A DNA stretch of 64,000 nucleotides from a virus (Duplodnaviria > Caudoviricetes), in IMG/VR virus record IMGVR_UViG_2875535316_000001, positions 30,697 to 94,696 of that record, one strand, 5' to 3'. The notes under the pieces are model-generated. The model saw only the letters and a program-made list of their open reading frames with translations. It searched no databases and was not told the DNA's origin. Shown here in pieces: positions 21,731-31,484 of this stretch; positions within the stretch are counted from its first letter, which is position 1; each line of letters begins with the position of its first letter. The translations under genes and the position numbers were made by a program.

Positions 21731-22810
21731 TTACCTCTGGGCCTGGTCAGCTGCAGCAATAGCGGCCATGGCAGCTTCCCGCCCGTAACCCATCGCCATC
21801 AGCGTCTTGATTTTCTGGTCAAACGACACGGTTTTGTTGACCTTGTCCTTGTGTTTCTGGCGCACCTGGTCGTTTGCTGCCTTGATCCGCTCAGCTGCTC
21901 GGCGCTGCTGTGCGGGCTGCGCCTGCCGCGCGTTGCGGCGTTCTTCCGAACTGGTGATGTTCCTATCGCGTTTGCGCGCTTTAAGCGCCTGATCGAGGAA
22001 CTTCTGCTGGTCGGCCACCGACACGTTCTGGGCTTTGTTGCTCAGCGTTTTGCGGCCGTTCTCGATCATGCGCTGGGCAAACATCTGGAACGTTGGGCCG
22101 TGGGTAATAACCGCCATCACGCGCAGGACGTGCTTACACGCCAGCCCGAACAGCTTGGGGTTTCGGACCTTGGGGAAACCGTCCTCGGCGCGGCCGTAGT
22201 TGAAGTTGCCGATCGTAGCGATGTAGCGGAACCAGAACGTATGCCGGCCACAGTCGCAGTCAAACTTCACCTTGCCGGCGGCCATCTGCTTGGCCGCTTC
22301 CTTGACCGGTAGACCGCCCGCCAGCGCCGCGTCGTAGCCCATGAACTGGACGTGAACGTGGTGGCGCTGTACGTCGGAGTTGGGGCCGGCATTGGTCTGG
22401 AAGTGCACCACGCCCGCGCGGTTGACCACCGGCACGGCCATGTGAATTTCCTTGGTACCGCGCTGGCGGTCCTCCGGCCGGGACAGGTCAATCACCTGCT
22501 TGGGCAGGATGCCGCCAGCGGCGCCGGTGGGCTTACCGCCCTTGTACTGGCCATGCTTGTGCTGGATATCCCGCACTGCAGCCTTGAACGCCAGAATGTC
22601 GTCGGCGGTAAGCATCCGGGGCTTGCCGTCGATGGTGGTGAACAGTCCGCGGCTGGGGTCATACAGCCCCGACAGGTCGTCGGCACTGAGGATGACGTCT
22701 TGATCACTCAGGCGCCGATTCAGGTCGTATTCAAAGGCCTTACGCGCTTCCTTGCCCGACTTGGCGGCACTCTGGATGAAGTCGGGGCGCAGGGGCTTCT
22801 TCGCAGCCAT
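21731..22810 (-). CDS. Phage protein with SWIM-like Zn finger
   Basis: CDCGRH...NP.L.GLACKH; TGATG-coupled start at 22810. Confidence 0.55.
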   Translation of the reverse strand: MAAKKPLRPDFIQSAAKSGKEARKAFEYDLNRRLSDQDVILSADDLSGLYDPSRGLFTTIDGKPRMLTADDILAFKAAVRDIQHKHGQYKGGKPTGAAGGILPKQVIDLSRPEDRQRGTKEIHMAVPVVNRAGVVHFQTNAGPNSDVQRHHVHVQFMGYDAALAGGLPVKEAAKQMAAGKVKFDCDCGRHTFWFRYIATIGNFNYGRAEDGFPKVRNPKLFGLACKHVLRVMAVITHGPTFQMFAQRMIENGRKTLSNKAQNVSVADQQKFLDQALKARKRDRNITSSEERRNARQAQPAQQRRAAERIKAANDQVRQKHKDKVNKTVSFDQKIKTLMAMGYGREAAMAAIAAADQAQR

Positions 22811-23106
22811 CAGCGCACCGTCCTGGTCACTGAGCTGAGCCCGCATTTCTCTTTGAGGTAGCGCAGGTGCTCCAGGGTGGGCAGCACCAGGTCTTGCTCA
22901 ATCAGCTCAGAATTGACGGTGGCCAGCCCAGCGGCTGCCATGATGGCCAGCGTTTCCTCGGGATCGCCGTACACACGGCGCGCCACCAGGGTCAGGTCAT
23001 AGCGCTCGCTGGGGAATGTCCGCACCACCTGGCGCAGGCTCGAATAGGACGGCTCTGTTACGGCGAACAGGCGCACCTCTCGATAGAACCTCGATACCTC
23101 GATCAC
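22810..23106 (-). CDS. Small baseplate/tail-X (LysM-like) protein
   Basis: ERYDLTLVARRVYG...IMAAAGL...LVLPT pattern. Confidence 0.5.
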   Translation of the reverse strand: MIEVSRFYREVRLFAVTEPSYSSLRQVVRTFPSERYDLTLVARRVYGDPEETLAIMAAAGLATVNSELIEQDLVLPTLEHLRYLKEKCGLSSVTRTVR

Positions 23107-23138
23107 AGAAAACCCCCGTCACGTTATCGCACGGGGGA

Positions 23139-23179
23139 ATTGTCACAGCAGCGGCGAGGTTGACCTGGTGAGGGTTTGC
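23139..23179 (-). promoter_or_regulatory. Putative late promoter GCAAA-N30-GACAAT
   Basis: Shared motif and spacing. Confidence 0.65.
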
Positions 23180-23192
23180 GCGGCTGGGCGCG

Positions 23193-24269
23193 TCATTCGA
23201 CCTCGGGCGGGGTCGGATTCGCCCACTTGAGGGCGACATTGCGGTGCACCATGCTGAGCACGGGCCCTTCTACGCCGTCCTCTTCGGCAAGGTGGTACTC
23301 GGGCAGGGTGTTGCTGGCGATGATTTCGCGCAGCATGCGGGTGAACTCTTTGTACTTGGAGGTGCTGCCGCTGCGGGCGTAAATGGTCTTGAAGCCCCAG
23401 CGGGCGCTGTCCTTGCCCGCAGCCTTGCGCGCCAGCCGGTACAGGAAGCGCTCAATGCCGGATTCCATCAGGAAGTAGTCCGGGTGCACGGTCAGTACGT
23501 CAGGCTTGGCGCCACTGGTGATTTCGTCATACATCCAGTTGGCCAGACGGAACTCTACGTACTCGACCTTTTTGGTCGCGGCGTTACTGATCACGCGGGT
23601 ACCGTGGATCAGCGGGTCGCCGTTGTTGACTATCTTCGACTCGCCAGCACGGGTAATCGTCCGCTCGACAGCGACGTGCGTAGTGCCCAAGCGGTTGAGC
23701 GCGTCTACCACGAAGTCTTTCTGGTTGCCGCCGTTGTTCTTCCGGCAGAACTTGAGCACCTCGGTGACGTGGGGCCGGAAGGTCTGTGGGGGGATTTCGT
23801 CGAGCTGGCCGTCTGCGAACTTGTTCATGGCCTCGGTGAGGTGCGATATCGCCATCAGCACCAGGTCGTAGTCCCATACCGATGCCATGCCATACGGGCC
23901 AGATGTGACCTGCACGTAACCGTCGGGCAGCTCGTAGCGCATCACCTCGTTGGCGCGCTTCTCCCGCTTCGATAGGCGATATACAGCCACGTCCATGATC
24001 CCGCGGTTATCTTTCGCCCCCACGTCGTACAGCATGGGTGCAAAGAAGTCGGGCTGTTCTGCCCCGCGCGCTTTCTTCTTCGCGGCTGGGCGCTTGGGCG
24101 TGACGGTGACAGATTTGCTCTCAGGTGGCGCTGGTGGCTTGCTCTGGGGCTGCCCCATACCTTCCAGCAGGTCGCCCTGGGTGGCGCGCTCGCGCTTCCT
24201 GGTCGCCTGCTTTTCCTGCAGCGCCTTCACCGCCTTCGCGCGGGCGTTGGGTTCCATGGTGGCTGACAT
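23193..24269 (-). CDS. repA: Plasmid replication initiator protein A (RPA-type)
   Basis: GMASVWDYDLV, VLTVHPDYF..ERFLYRLARKAAG; adjacent iteron array. Confidence 0.85.
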   Translation of the reverse strand: MSATMEPNARAKAVKALQEKQATRKRERATQGDLLEGMGQPQSKPPAPPESKSVTVTPKRPAAKKKARGAEQPDFFAPMLYDVGAKDNRGIMDVAVYRLSKREKRANEVMRYELPDGYVQVTSGPYGMASVWDYDLVLMAISHLTEAMNKFADGQLDEIPPQTFRPHVTEVLKFCRKNNGGNQKDFVVDALNRLGTTHVAVERTITRAGESKIVNNGDPLIHGTRVISNAATKKVEYVEFRLANWMYDEITSGAKPDVLTVHPDYFLMESGIERFLYRLARKAAGKDSARWGFKTIYARSGSTSKYKEFTRMLREIIASNTLPEYHLAEEDGVEGPVLSMVHRNVALKWANPTPPEVE

Positions 24270-24348
24270 TGGCAATCTCTATATCTGGCTGTGCATGGAT
24301 GATAGGTGCTTGTATTGGCTCAGAAAAGCCGGCGGACAAATTGGTGGT

Positions 24349-24576
24349 GGTGTGTAAATTACGGATTTAGCAGTGGCGCCATGCTGGCAGGCCCAGCAAT
24401 TACGGGGACTTGGTGGTGTTTTTGGGGTACCAAAAACGGTCCAACAACCGCCAATTCCGTAATTTACCCACCCGCACGGACAAAAATGGGCTGGGCCGGC
24501 GTAATTTACCCACCAAACCCAGTAATTCACCCACCCGAAAAAGTAATTTACCCACCGAAAACGTAATTTACCCACC
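24349..24576. repeat. Iterons GTAATTTACCCACC of plasmid oriV
   Basis: Direct copies at 24459, 24501, 24522, 24543, 24563 (spacing 42/21/21/20) and one inverted copy at 24349-24362. Confidence 0.88.
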
Positions 24577-24631
24577 CACCCACAGGGTTGCGCACAAGCC
24601 GCGCGCCCCGTGGGCTATAGCCTGTAACCAC

Positions 24632-24690
24632 TTATTCACAATGCCCAAAACATATATAAAACGGTGGTTAAAACTACAAAGCTTTTATAT
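24632..24690. promoter_or_regulatory. DnaA box (TTATTCACA) and AT-rich unwinding region
   Basis: Fits TTWTNCACA at 24632-24640, followed by AT-rich tract. Confidence 0.65.
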
Positions 24691-24739
24691 AGGGCTTGGA
24701 GGTTGAATTTCTCAGCCCTCGCCAGCCTGCTCGAAGGCG

Positions 24740-25228
24740 TCAGTCATCATCACTTTCCCGCTGTGTAATGGTCATGGTGAGGGGAAACTTGTTGAAGACC
24801 GTTTGTGCCGCCAGCAGGCCAAGGCGCATACCCTTGGCCATGTCCTCATTGAGCTGCACAGAAGCGTCTTCCCCCTGCAGCTGAATGAGCGTACCCGCCT
24901 TGGCGCACGGCATCATGTCGGCCAACTGCTTCACCCGCACATCAAACCAACGCTCCAGGAAACGAACACCTTCAACGGAGTCAGGCAGGTGCATCACGCG
25001 CCCCACCAGGTTAACCAGCTCCTGCTCTAACCGCTCGTGCTCAAGCTGGGCTTCTTCGCTGGCGCTGGGGAAGTCTGCTTTGCTCCAGGCATCGGCCACG
25101 TCACGGTGCATTTCCATGACTTCTTCCAAGATCGCCTGGCGGCCGGCCTCGGTCAGTTGCCTGGGGTCAGTACCAGGAAGGCGTCCAAAGTCGATTACCT
25201 GGGCATTGGTATTGTTTTCCATGCTCAT
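24740..25228 (-). CDS. Hypothetical protein
   Basis: 162 aa, ATGA-coupled to ndpA. Confidence 0.6.
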   Translation of the reverse strand: MSMENNTNAQVIDFGRLPGTDPRQLTEAGRQAILEEVMEMHRDVADAWSKADFPSASEEAQLEHERLEQELVNLVGRVMHLPDSVEGVRFLERWFDVRVKQLADMMPCAKAGTLIQLQGEDASVQLNEDMAKGMRLGLLAAQTVFNKFPLTMTITQRESDDD

Positions 25229-26241
25229 ACAGCCTCTGGCTCAGCGCGCTTGAGCTGGTCGCTCAGGGCGGTAGGCAGGTTACGGATGGTCAGGGCATTG
25301 GCTTCGCGGTCGAACTCGACACGATCGCCCAGCAGGTGCTGCTCGAAGCTGATCGACAGGCCCTCAGCACGGCCGGTGAAGCGGCGGAACTGGTTGAGTG
25401 TGCGCTTATCCGCGGGAATCTCGGCCGACAGGCCGTAGTCGGCGTTACGGATGAACTCCGCGAAGTTCTGCGGGCGATCCTCGTCGAGCAGCTCGGACAG
25501 CTCTTTGACGGTCACAGGCTCGCCCACCTTGATCTGGTTGGCGGTGTACTCGACCAGGGCGGCCGTCTTCTCGCGCGCCGAATCCTCGGGCAGGTCTTCC
25601 TGCTCCACGTAGTCGCTGAACGCCTTGAGCAGGGTGCGCGTCTCACCCGGGCCGTCTACGCCTTCCTGGCAGCCGATGAAGTCACGGAAGTAGTCCGACA
25701 GCTTGCGGCCGTTCTTGCCCTTGATGAACGAAATGTACTGGCGCGATGCCGGGTTGTTCTTCCATTCGCTCAGGTTGATACGGGCCGCCAGGTGGATCTT
25801 GGACAGGTCCAGGTGGCGCGAAGGTACGACCTTGAGGTCATGCGTCACCACAACGCTGTCAGCCTGCTGCAGGAGCGCGATCGTCAGGTAGTCGGTCATG
25901 CCCACCTGCTGGTGCGCAAAGACGACGTGGCCACCGCTCGACAGATTCGATTCCTCCATCAGCTTGGTCAAATGCTCGGCCGCCTCACGGGTGAACGCCA
26001 CGAAGTCGCTCTGGCCGTCCAGGTAGGCATTGAGCCAGCGGGTCAGCGGGTAGGCGCCAGACTCAGGGTGGAAGAAGCCCCACGCCTTGCCCTGCTTGCT
26101 GTTGTAGGTGTCGCCCAGGTCGAACAGCATGTTTTCGATGGCATCAGTGGCAGGCAGTACCTGGTCGCTCAGGTGAAGCGCTGCAGGGCTGCCGTCTGGT
26201 TTCTTGTCCACCAGGTGGATGATCAGGTTTTTGATAGGCAT
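25225..26241 (-). CDS. ndpA: Nucleoid-associated protein NdpA/YejK
   Basis: [53 protein letters not shown]. Confidence 0.9.
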   Translation of the reverse strand: MPIKNLIIHLVDKKPDGSPAALHLSDQVLPATDAIENMLFDLGDTYNSKQGKAWGFFHPESGAYPLTRWLNAYLDGQSDFVAFTREAAEHLTKLMEESNLSSGGHVVFAHQQVGMTDYLTIALLQQADSVVVTHDLKVVPSRHLDLSKIHLAARINLSEWKNNPASRQYISFIKGKNGRKLSDYFRDFIGCQEGVDGPGETRTLLKAFSDYVEQEDLPEDSAREKTAALVEYTANQIKVGEPVTVKELSELLDEDRPQNFAEFIRNADYGLSAEIPADKRTLNQFRRFTGRAEGLSISFEQHLLGDRVEFDREANALTIRNLPTALSDQLKRAEPEAV

Positions 26242-26251
26242 TGCGGTGTCC

Positions 26252-26710
26252 TCAGTGCGTAGCGGGGGCAGTACCGCCCGCAAGAATGGTTGCTACCCGT
26301 GCCAGCGCTTGGCGCTTCTGGGCGTCTCGGCGTTGTTTCACGTCCTGGCGCAGCGCTTCCAGGCCTACCAGGTGCGCATAGGCCTGGTCGGAGGTTTCAG
26401 GCGTCACGTAGGCGATCAGGAAGCTGTTGATCAGGCTCTTGAGCAAGCCGGCGGTGTCGTGGTTCTTGACGGCAGACACCACGCACAGCTGCTCCAGCGA
26501 TACGGCTGGGGTCATCTGCAGGAAGTGCAAGCCGACACGCTGGCCAATGTCGATCATGGCCTTACGGACGTATTCGGCATTCGCCACGGTGTCGCCGCCC
26601 AGCTCAAGGCGGCGGCCGGTCAGCACGCCCATTGGCATGGCGGCCAGCTCGGCCAGCTTGGCGTCTACGGCAGCTTCAATCTCGGCGGTGTAGTCGCTGG
26701 CGCTGGTCAT
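26252..26710 (-). CDS. Hypothetical protein
   Basis: 152 aa, in operon. Confidence 0.6.
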   Translation of the reverse strand: MTSASDYTAEIEAAVDAKLAELAAMPMGVLTGRRLELGGDTVANAEYVRKAMIDIGQRVGLHFLQMTPAVSLEQLCVVSAVKNHDTAGLLKSLINSFLIAYVTPETSDQAYAHLVGLEALRQDVKQRRDAQKRQALARVATILAGGTAPATH

Positions 26711-27204
26711 TCCTGGCTGTCCTCAGCCACACCAAACACAGGACGCGCCAGCAGCGCTTCCAGGGCCAGCTCCAGGGTTACCCCGGAGCCCTTGCCGCGC
26801 CCCTCGCAGTAGTTACTCAACGTTTGGCGGGTGACGCCCACGCGATCGGCCACAGACGCCTGGGTCATATCGAACTTCGACATGATCTGACGGACCAGGC
26901 GCGAAATACGCTGGGGCTGGGTAGGACGCGGGGCAAACGCGAGCCGCTCCTCCCACCACTGGTAATCCTCGGGGGCAAGGCGCTTGGCCTCTTCTTCTAC
27001 CCACTGCAACAGTGCCGGTTCTTCTTCGTAGTAAATCTCTACGGTGCTCCAGGCGCCATCGGCGAAGCGCTCAAGCTGCAGCTTGTCGCTACGGGCGGCT
27101 ATCCGGGACAGCTCGACCTTGTACAGGATCGTCTCAAAGAGAGGCTGGATTACGAGGGCGCTACCCATGAGTTCCACGGTGCCCATTGGTTCTTTATCTG
27201 ACAT
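26707..27204 (-). CDS. Protein with C-terminal XRE HTH
   Basis: MTQASVADRVGVTRQTLSNY. Confidence 0.7.
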   Translation of the reverse strand: MSDKEPMGTVELMGSALVIQPLFETILYKVELSRIAARSDKLQLERFADGAWSTVEIYYEEEPALLQWVEEEAKRLAPEDYQWWEERLAFAPRPTQPQRISRLVRQIMSKFDMTQASVADRVGVTRQTLSNYCEGRGKGSGVTLELALEALLARPVFGVAEDSQE

Positions 27205-27286
27205 GGCTGATTCCTTGTGTAGGCCGGGTGCAATCCCCGGCACTGGCAAACCCCCAGTGAAGGGGGTTGCGGGTTAGGGATGGCGC

Positions 27287-27679
27287 TCAGTCGCCTGGCG
27301 ACAGGCTGCTGCCGGATGCCTTGCGCAACTCTTCGGCACAAAGCTCGCGAATCTCGAAGTACGCGTCTCCGCCCAGTGGCGCGCCTGCGGCAAAGATCAA
27401 CGCATTTATCTTGATCAGCTTGGCGCGCAACCGCTCAACCTCGCCCAACTGCTCAAGATGCCGGCGAGCGTACTCAGTGTTTGCAGCGACAAGCTGTTCA
27501 ACTACTGCGGCGCCGTAAAGCGGAAGCGTTACAACCTTGAAATCTTCGCTGTGGTCCACGCCGGGCTTACCGAACACTGGGCCGTCATGGTCGGCAATGA
27601 TGGTGTTTACCACCTGGCCGAAATCGTTGTGCAGGTTGTGTTCGTACCATGCAGGTTTCTGGGTGCCTGGGAGGCTCAT
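27287..27679 (-). CDS. Hypothetical phage protein
   Basis: 130 aa, coupled ORF. Confidence 0.5.
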   Translation of the reverse strand: MSLPGTQKPAWYEHNLHNDFGQVVNTIIADHDGPVFGKPGVDHSEDFKVVTLPLYGAAVVEQLVAANTEYARRHLEQLGEVERLRAKLIKINALIFAAGAPLGGDAYFEIRELCAEELRKASGSSLSPGD

Positions 27680-27912
27680 GCTTGCTTCTCCGGGTGCGGT
27701 TCGATCGCTGGCGGCAACTGCTCCAGCAGGTCATTGATGAAGGTTTCTTGCGTTTTGACGTGCTCGAGCAGCTCGAGCAGCCGTGTGTTGGCTTCCTGCA
27801 GGAGGACACCAGCTTTCGCCAGCGCAGCCTTGGCGCCAGCCAGGCGCATGGCCTGGTAGACGATCACGGCGAGCAGGACCAAATTCATTACGGTTGCTGG
27901 CTCTATGCTCAT
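27676..27912 (-). CDS. Small membrane-anchored coiled-coil protein
   Basis: N-terminal hydrophobic helix, ATGA coupling. Confidence 0.5.
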   Translation of the reverse strand: MSIEPATVMNLVLLAVIVYQAMRLAGAKAALAKAGVLLQEANTRLLELLEHVKTQETFINDLLEQLPPAIEPHPEKQA

Positions 27913-29903
27913 GCTGCCACCGCCTCAAGCTCGCGCGCCTTCCAGGGATCGTTGGCGCGGGCCAGGGCTGCCATCGGTGGCGGGCTGACGCTGTTGCCGC
28001 ACATATGCACCTGTTCGGTCTTGGTGAATGGCACTCCATCCGCGCCAACGTCAATGATGTAGTTGGCAGGGAAGCCCTGGGCGCGATACAGCTCGTGGGG
28101 CTGCAGCATGCGCAGGCAGATATCGACAATGACGTATGGCGTGCCCTTCACATACACGGTCACCAGCGCCAGGCGGTCCTTGGTGGTGATGGTCGACATG
28201 GGCTCGTCGCAGGCGCTCATGTTCTCGGTGCCGTAGTAACGGATCAGGAACGCAGCGACCTGCAGGGCGCCCTGCTCGTGCTCCGGCGACAGCGTGTACT
28301 CAACCAGGCCGTGGTGCGTGCCGCCGGCACTGACGGTGTGCAGTGGCTCGTCGACGGCGCGGGAGTCGCAGTTACCGCGCAGGTGCAGTAGGTTCGCGGC
28401 TACCAGGGCGTGGTGATCGCCAGCAGTAACAGTGCTCAGGGGGGCTTCGGCCTGCTGGCCAGTGCTGCCATTGCGCAGGGTGGCCAGCTGGGCCGTTACC
28501 AGGCGCTGCTGACTGCCGGTGTTGGTCACCGTGCTCATTGGGTCATTCATGCTACGGGCCGGGGTTGTGTTGAAACCGCCGTTCGCCTGCTCCACGAATG
28601 CCGACGCTATGCTGCTGGCGCTGACCATAACCGGGTTCGCCATCATCAGTTCGCCGCGATTGGCCGCTGTGACCGTTGGCAGGGGCTCTGCGGGGTCGTT
28701 CACCCGATCGGAACCCTGGTGGGTGGCCGGAAGGATTACCGCGCTCGTGAGGGCGTGTTTCACGCCGCCAGCGACGATAGTGCCCAGTGGCTGATCCAGA
28801 CCAGGCACACGAGGCTGCTGGCCTTCGCGCTCGCCGTAGCCGGTCTGCACCAAGGTCGGGCTGGCCACGGCAAAGGTACCGCCGCGTGGCCAGGCGGTGA
28901 TGGTGCGCAGCGGATCATTCAGCGACTGGACGCTCTCGCCCGACCAGTTGGCGATCGGCACGATGAAGGGTTGCGGGTTGTCCAGGACAAACTTCTTCAT
29001 GCCCTTGGCCACCCGGCGCAGGGTAGCCTCTGCCAGCGCCTTCTTGCGGCCGAAAATGCTGTTGCTCGGCACGGTCCAGTCGATGCAGTCGGCAGCGGTG
29101 CGCCACTTCTGCTGGCCCTTGGCGGGGTTCTTGGCGTGGGTAGGCTCAGGCCATACGATTGGCTGGCCATCACAGCGGGCGATCATAAACAGGCGCTCGC
29201 GGCTGGTCGGCGCACCGTAGTCGCAAGCCTTGATGATGCGCCATTCGACCTGGTAGCCCATACCTTCCAGCAGCTGGACGAAACGGCGCCAGGTGATGCC
29301 ACGGCGCTTGGGGTTCGGTACCAGGAACTGATTGGATACCGGCACCTGCTCGCCAGGCTCGGCCACACGGTTTACGGTCTTCTTCGGATTGGTTGGGTGC
29401 GGTACCAGGTCCAGGGTAATGACGCGCCCGGTGGCCTTGTCGCGCTTAGCAATCAGCGGGCCCCACTGCAAAATCTGCTTAACGTTCTCGAGGCTGATGA
29501 CGCGCGGCTTCTTCTTGCCGCCCCACTTGAGGCCGATCCACGACAGGTTGCGGATTTCACGTTTGCGCGGCTGCCCGCCAGCGGCCTGGCTGTGATGGGT
29601 GCAATCCGGGCTCATGTGGAACCAGCCCACTGGGCGACCCTGGCACTCGGCGTCGGGGTCACCCTCGAACACGTCGGTGGTGAAGTGCCGGGCGTGCGGG
29701 TGGTTGGCGGTGTGCATGCTGATCGCCGCCGGGCTGTGGTTCTTGGCCACGTCGACCTTGCGGCCCAAGCCCATTTCCAGCCCGGTACCGGCGCCGCCGC
29801 CCCCACAGAAGAAATCGACCACCAGTTCATCGTCCTGGCTGCTCAGGGCCAGGCTGAACTGGGTCTTGAAGTCCAGCGGGTTGTTTTTGAGTGCTGCTGT
29901 CAC
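27909..29903 (-). CDS. DNA cytosine-5 methyltransferase
   Basis: FCGGGG motif I, SPDC motif IV, ENV motif VI, RERLF, CGNSVSP motif X; GTG start at 29903. Confidence 0.92.
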   Translation of the reverse strand: MTAALKNNPLDFKTQFSLALSSQDDELVVDFFCGGGGAGTGLEMGLGRKVDVAKNHSPAAISMHTANHPHARHFTTDVFEGDPDAECQGRPVGWFHMSPDCTHHSQAAGGQPRKREIRNLSWIGLKWGGKKKPRVISLENVKQILQWGPLIAKRDKATGRVITLDLVPHPTNPKKTVNRVAEPGEQVPVSNQFLVPNPKRRGITWRRFVQLLEGMGYQVEWRIIKACDYGAPTSRERLFMIARCDGQPIVWPEPTHAKNPAKGQQKWRTAADCIDWTVPSNSIFGRKKALAEATLRRVAKGMKKFVLDNPQPFIVPIANWSGESVQSLNDPLRTITAWPRGGTFAVASPTLVQTGYGEREGQQPRVPGLDQPLGTIVAGGVKHALTSAVILPATHQGSDRVNDPAEPLPTVTAANRGELMMANPVMVSASSIASAFVEQANGGFNTTPARSMNDPMSTVTNTGSQQRLVTAQLATLRNGSTGQQAEAPLSTVTAGDHHALVAANLLHLRGNCDSRAVDEPLHTVSAGGTHHGLVEYTLSPEHEQGALQVAAFLIRYYGTENMSACDEPMSTITTKDRLALVTVYVKGTPYVIVDICLRMLQPHELYRAQGFPANYIIDVGADGVPFTKTEQVHMCGNSVSPPPMAALARANDPWKARELEAVAA

Positions 29904-30310
29904 AGTCCTGCCTCCTGCTCGCTGGATGCTTGAGCGGCAGGTGCCGGCAGGAAGCGCGCCACCAGGGGCATACACAGGCGTACTGCACCAATGGTGTGGA
30001 AGAAGGTAGGCGCGCCAGCCATGCGGCCCAGCAGCCAAAGCCATGCGGCAACCAAGCGACCTTCCGGCGGCTGGGTGGCTTCGATTTCGCCGGCAAACTC
30101 GTCTACCTGGCCCTTGGCGCGCAGGTAGATGCGCGTGCGCTCGCAGGCATCGGCAATGGCGCGGATCTTGTCGCTTTGCGCCAGCAAGGCCGCGTGAAGG
30201 GCCTCATTGGTCACGTCCTCGGGCAGTCCTTCCAGGGCGTCGAACAACTCGCCTACCTGGTCCTCAATGTCGGGCGCTTGAGCTGGCGCTGTGTTGGATT
30301 GGTCTTGCAT
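29900..30310 (-). CDS. Hypothetical protein
   Basis: 136 aa, GTGA-coupled to the MTase gene. Confidence 0.55.
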   Translation of the reverse strand: MQDQSNTAPAQAPDIEDQVGELFDALEGLPEDVTNEALHAALLAQSDKIRAIADACERTRIYLRAKGQVDEFAGEIEATQPPEGRLVAAWLWLLGRMAGAPTFFHTIGAVRLCMPLVARFLPAPAAQASSEQEAGL

Positions 30311-30341
30311 ATCTGGCTTCCATCTTGTGTAGGTGGTACCG

Positions 30342-30364
30342 AAAAAGCCCGCAGATGCGGGCTT
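30342..30364 (-). terminator. Intrinsic terminator
   Basis: AAGCCCGCA-TC-TGCGGGCTTTTT on the minus strand. Confidence 0.75.
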
Positions 30365-30370
30365 GTTGGC

Positions 30371-30487
30371 TTACTTCCAGTAGCGGAGGGTCAATCCGAT
30401 CGAGAGGTACCGGTATCCGAGCCCGGCCACTTCGGCCTTGTTTTGGAGCAGCTCGAACGGCGTGTTGCAGTCCAGGGTGTATGTCAT
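30371..30487 (-). CDS. 38-aa peptide MTYTLDCNTPFELLQNKAEVAGLGYRYLSIGLTLRYWK
   Basis: Only ORF between a consensus-like promoter and a terminator; no strong RBS. Confidence 0.35.
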   Translation of the reverse strand: MTYTLDCNTPFELLQNKAEVAGLGYRYLSIGLTLRYWK

Positions 30488-30520
30488 GGGGTGGGTTCTG
30501 GCTGAATTAAGTGAGATTTG

Positions 30521-30567
30521 ATCTTATGCGCCTCAGATTACTTTTTCAAGAGAAAATGCAATCTGAG
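30521..30567 (-). promoter_or_regulatory. Sigma70 promoter TTGAAA-17-TAAGAT with inverted repeat CTCAGATT/AATCTGAG around -35
   Basis: Near-consensus hexamers; IR at 30532-30539 and 30560-30567. Confidence 0.7.
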
Positions 30568-30650
30568 ATGACGTACAAAGATAAAAATGGATTCTCACGC
30601 TACGTTTAAGCCATGATTTGTCATCTGGGCATTACCCGTGGTTGATAGGA

Positions 30651-31103
30651 TCAGGCAGCGCAGTGGCTTGCGATGTGGGAGCACGCCAGTCGACGGGCGC
30701 AGCGGGCGGCCAGGCGCTCGGCCTCACGCTTCTGTGCGTTGCGGGCACACGCCAGCTCGAATGGGCGCACGTCCTGCCGGCGGGACAGGCTGTATACGCC
30801 TGCAGTGGTGTGCACCTGGCGCTGGTAGCCCTTGCCGATCAGCGCCAGGGCGGCGGTACCGACCACCAGCACGTCACGGCTGGCGCGCAGCACGCCGGGC
30901 AGCTCTGTCTCAATGGCTTTGAGGGTGACGCGCTGGCTGGTGCGGCGACCGGCGCCAGCGCCTTCGTTGATTGGGCTGAGCAGCAGGCGCTCGTGGCCAT
31001 TGGGCAGAACGCCCATCACGAATTTGTTATCTGCCCGGAAGGCCACGAACGCGGACGCATCAATGACTTCGTTGTCTGGATAGGCGTAGCACTTGAACTG
31101 CAT
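30651..31103 (-). CDS. Hypothetical protein
   Basis: ORF downstream of a TATCCGCGTACA site; start uncertain. Confidence 0.45.
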   Translation of the reverse strand: MQFKCYAYPDNEVIDASAFVAFRADNKFVMGVLPNGHERLLLSPINEGAGAGRRTSQRVTLKAIETELPGVLRASRDVLVVGTAALALIGKGYQRQVHTTAGVYSLSRRQDVRPFELACARNAQKREAERLAARCARRLACSHIASHCAA

Positions 31104-31156
31104 GACTCGTTCCCTCGGTTGACGATGCTCAAGTGGGCAATTTGCCATTAAAAAAC

Positions 31157-31168
31157 TATCCGCGTACA
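31157..31168. promoter_or_regulatory. Operator-like TATCCGCGTACA
   Basis: One of six exact copies, all in or next to intergenic regions. Confidence 0.65.
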
Positions 31169-31289
31169 TAATTCAGACGAAAAACGTGCCCTTTTTCGTT
31201 TGTTTACGCATATCCGCCCGTTTGGATGGTCTTTTGCTGGTGCTCACCCGTATGAATGGCCACCAGTGCCGCGCCTATTTCCTGACTTT

Positions 31290-31439
31290 CTAGTCGGATT
31301 GTGGCCGTGCCCTTGCGTGCTCCTGAGCGACCTGGCGCGCCAGCTCGGCGCGAGTGCTGTGGTAGCTGGTGCCACCATACTGTGCGTGCTCGATCGGCGC
31401 TGGGTTCGCCTGCAGGGTGCGTTGAGCGGTAAGGGTCAT
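31290..31439 (-). CDS. 49-aa hypothetical protein (MTLTAQRTLQ...)
   Basis: AGGAG RBS upstream; directly after terL. Confidence 0.45.
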   Translation of the reverse strand: MTLTAQRTLQANPAPIEHAQYGGTSYHSTRAELARQVAQEHARARPQSD

Positions 31440-31484
31440 GGGTGTTGCTCCTATGAGTTGAGCGCCAGCACGGCGCAGGGTTTG

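Noticed and set aside
24459-24576. Short direct-repeat array as a possible CRISPR
   Set aside because: 14-bp repeats with mostly 6-7-bp gaps next to repA and no cas genes; these are iterons
31103-31169. Shared MYAD(S/T) N-termini of ORFs 30651-31169 and 37580-38338
   Set aside because: Artefact of the TGTACGCGGATA operator creating an ATG, not protein homology
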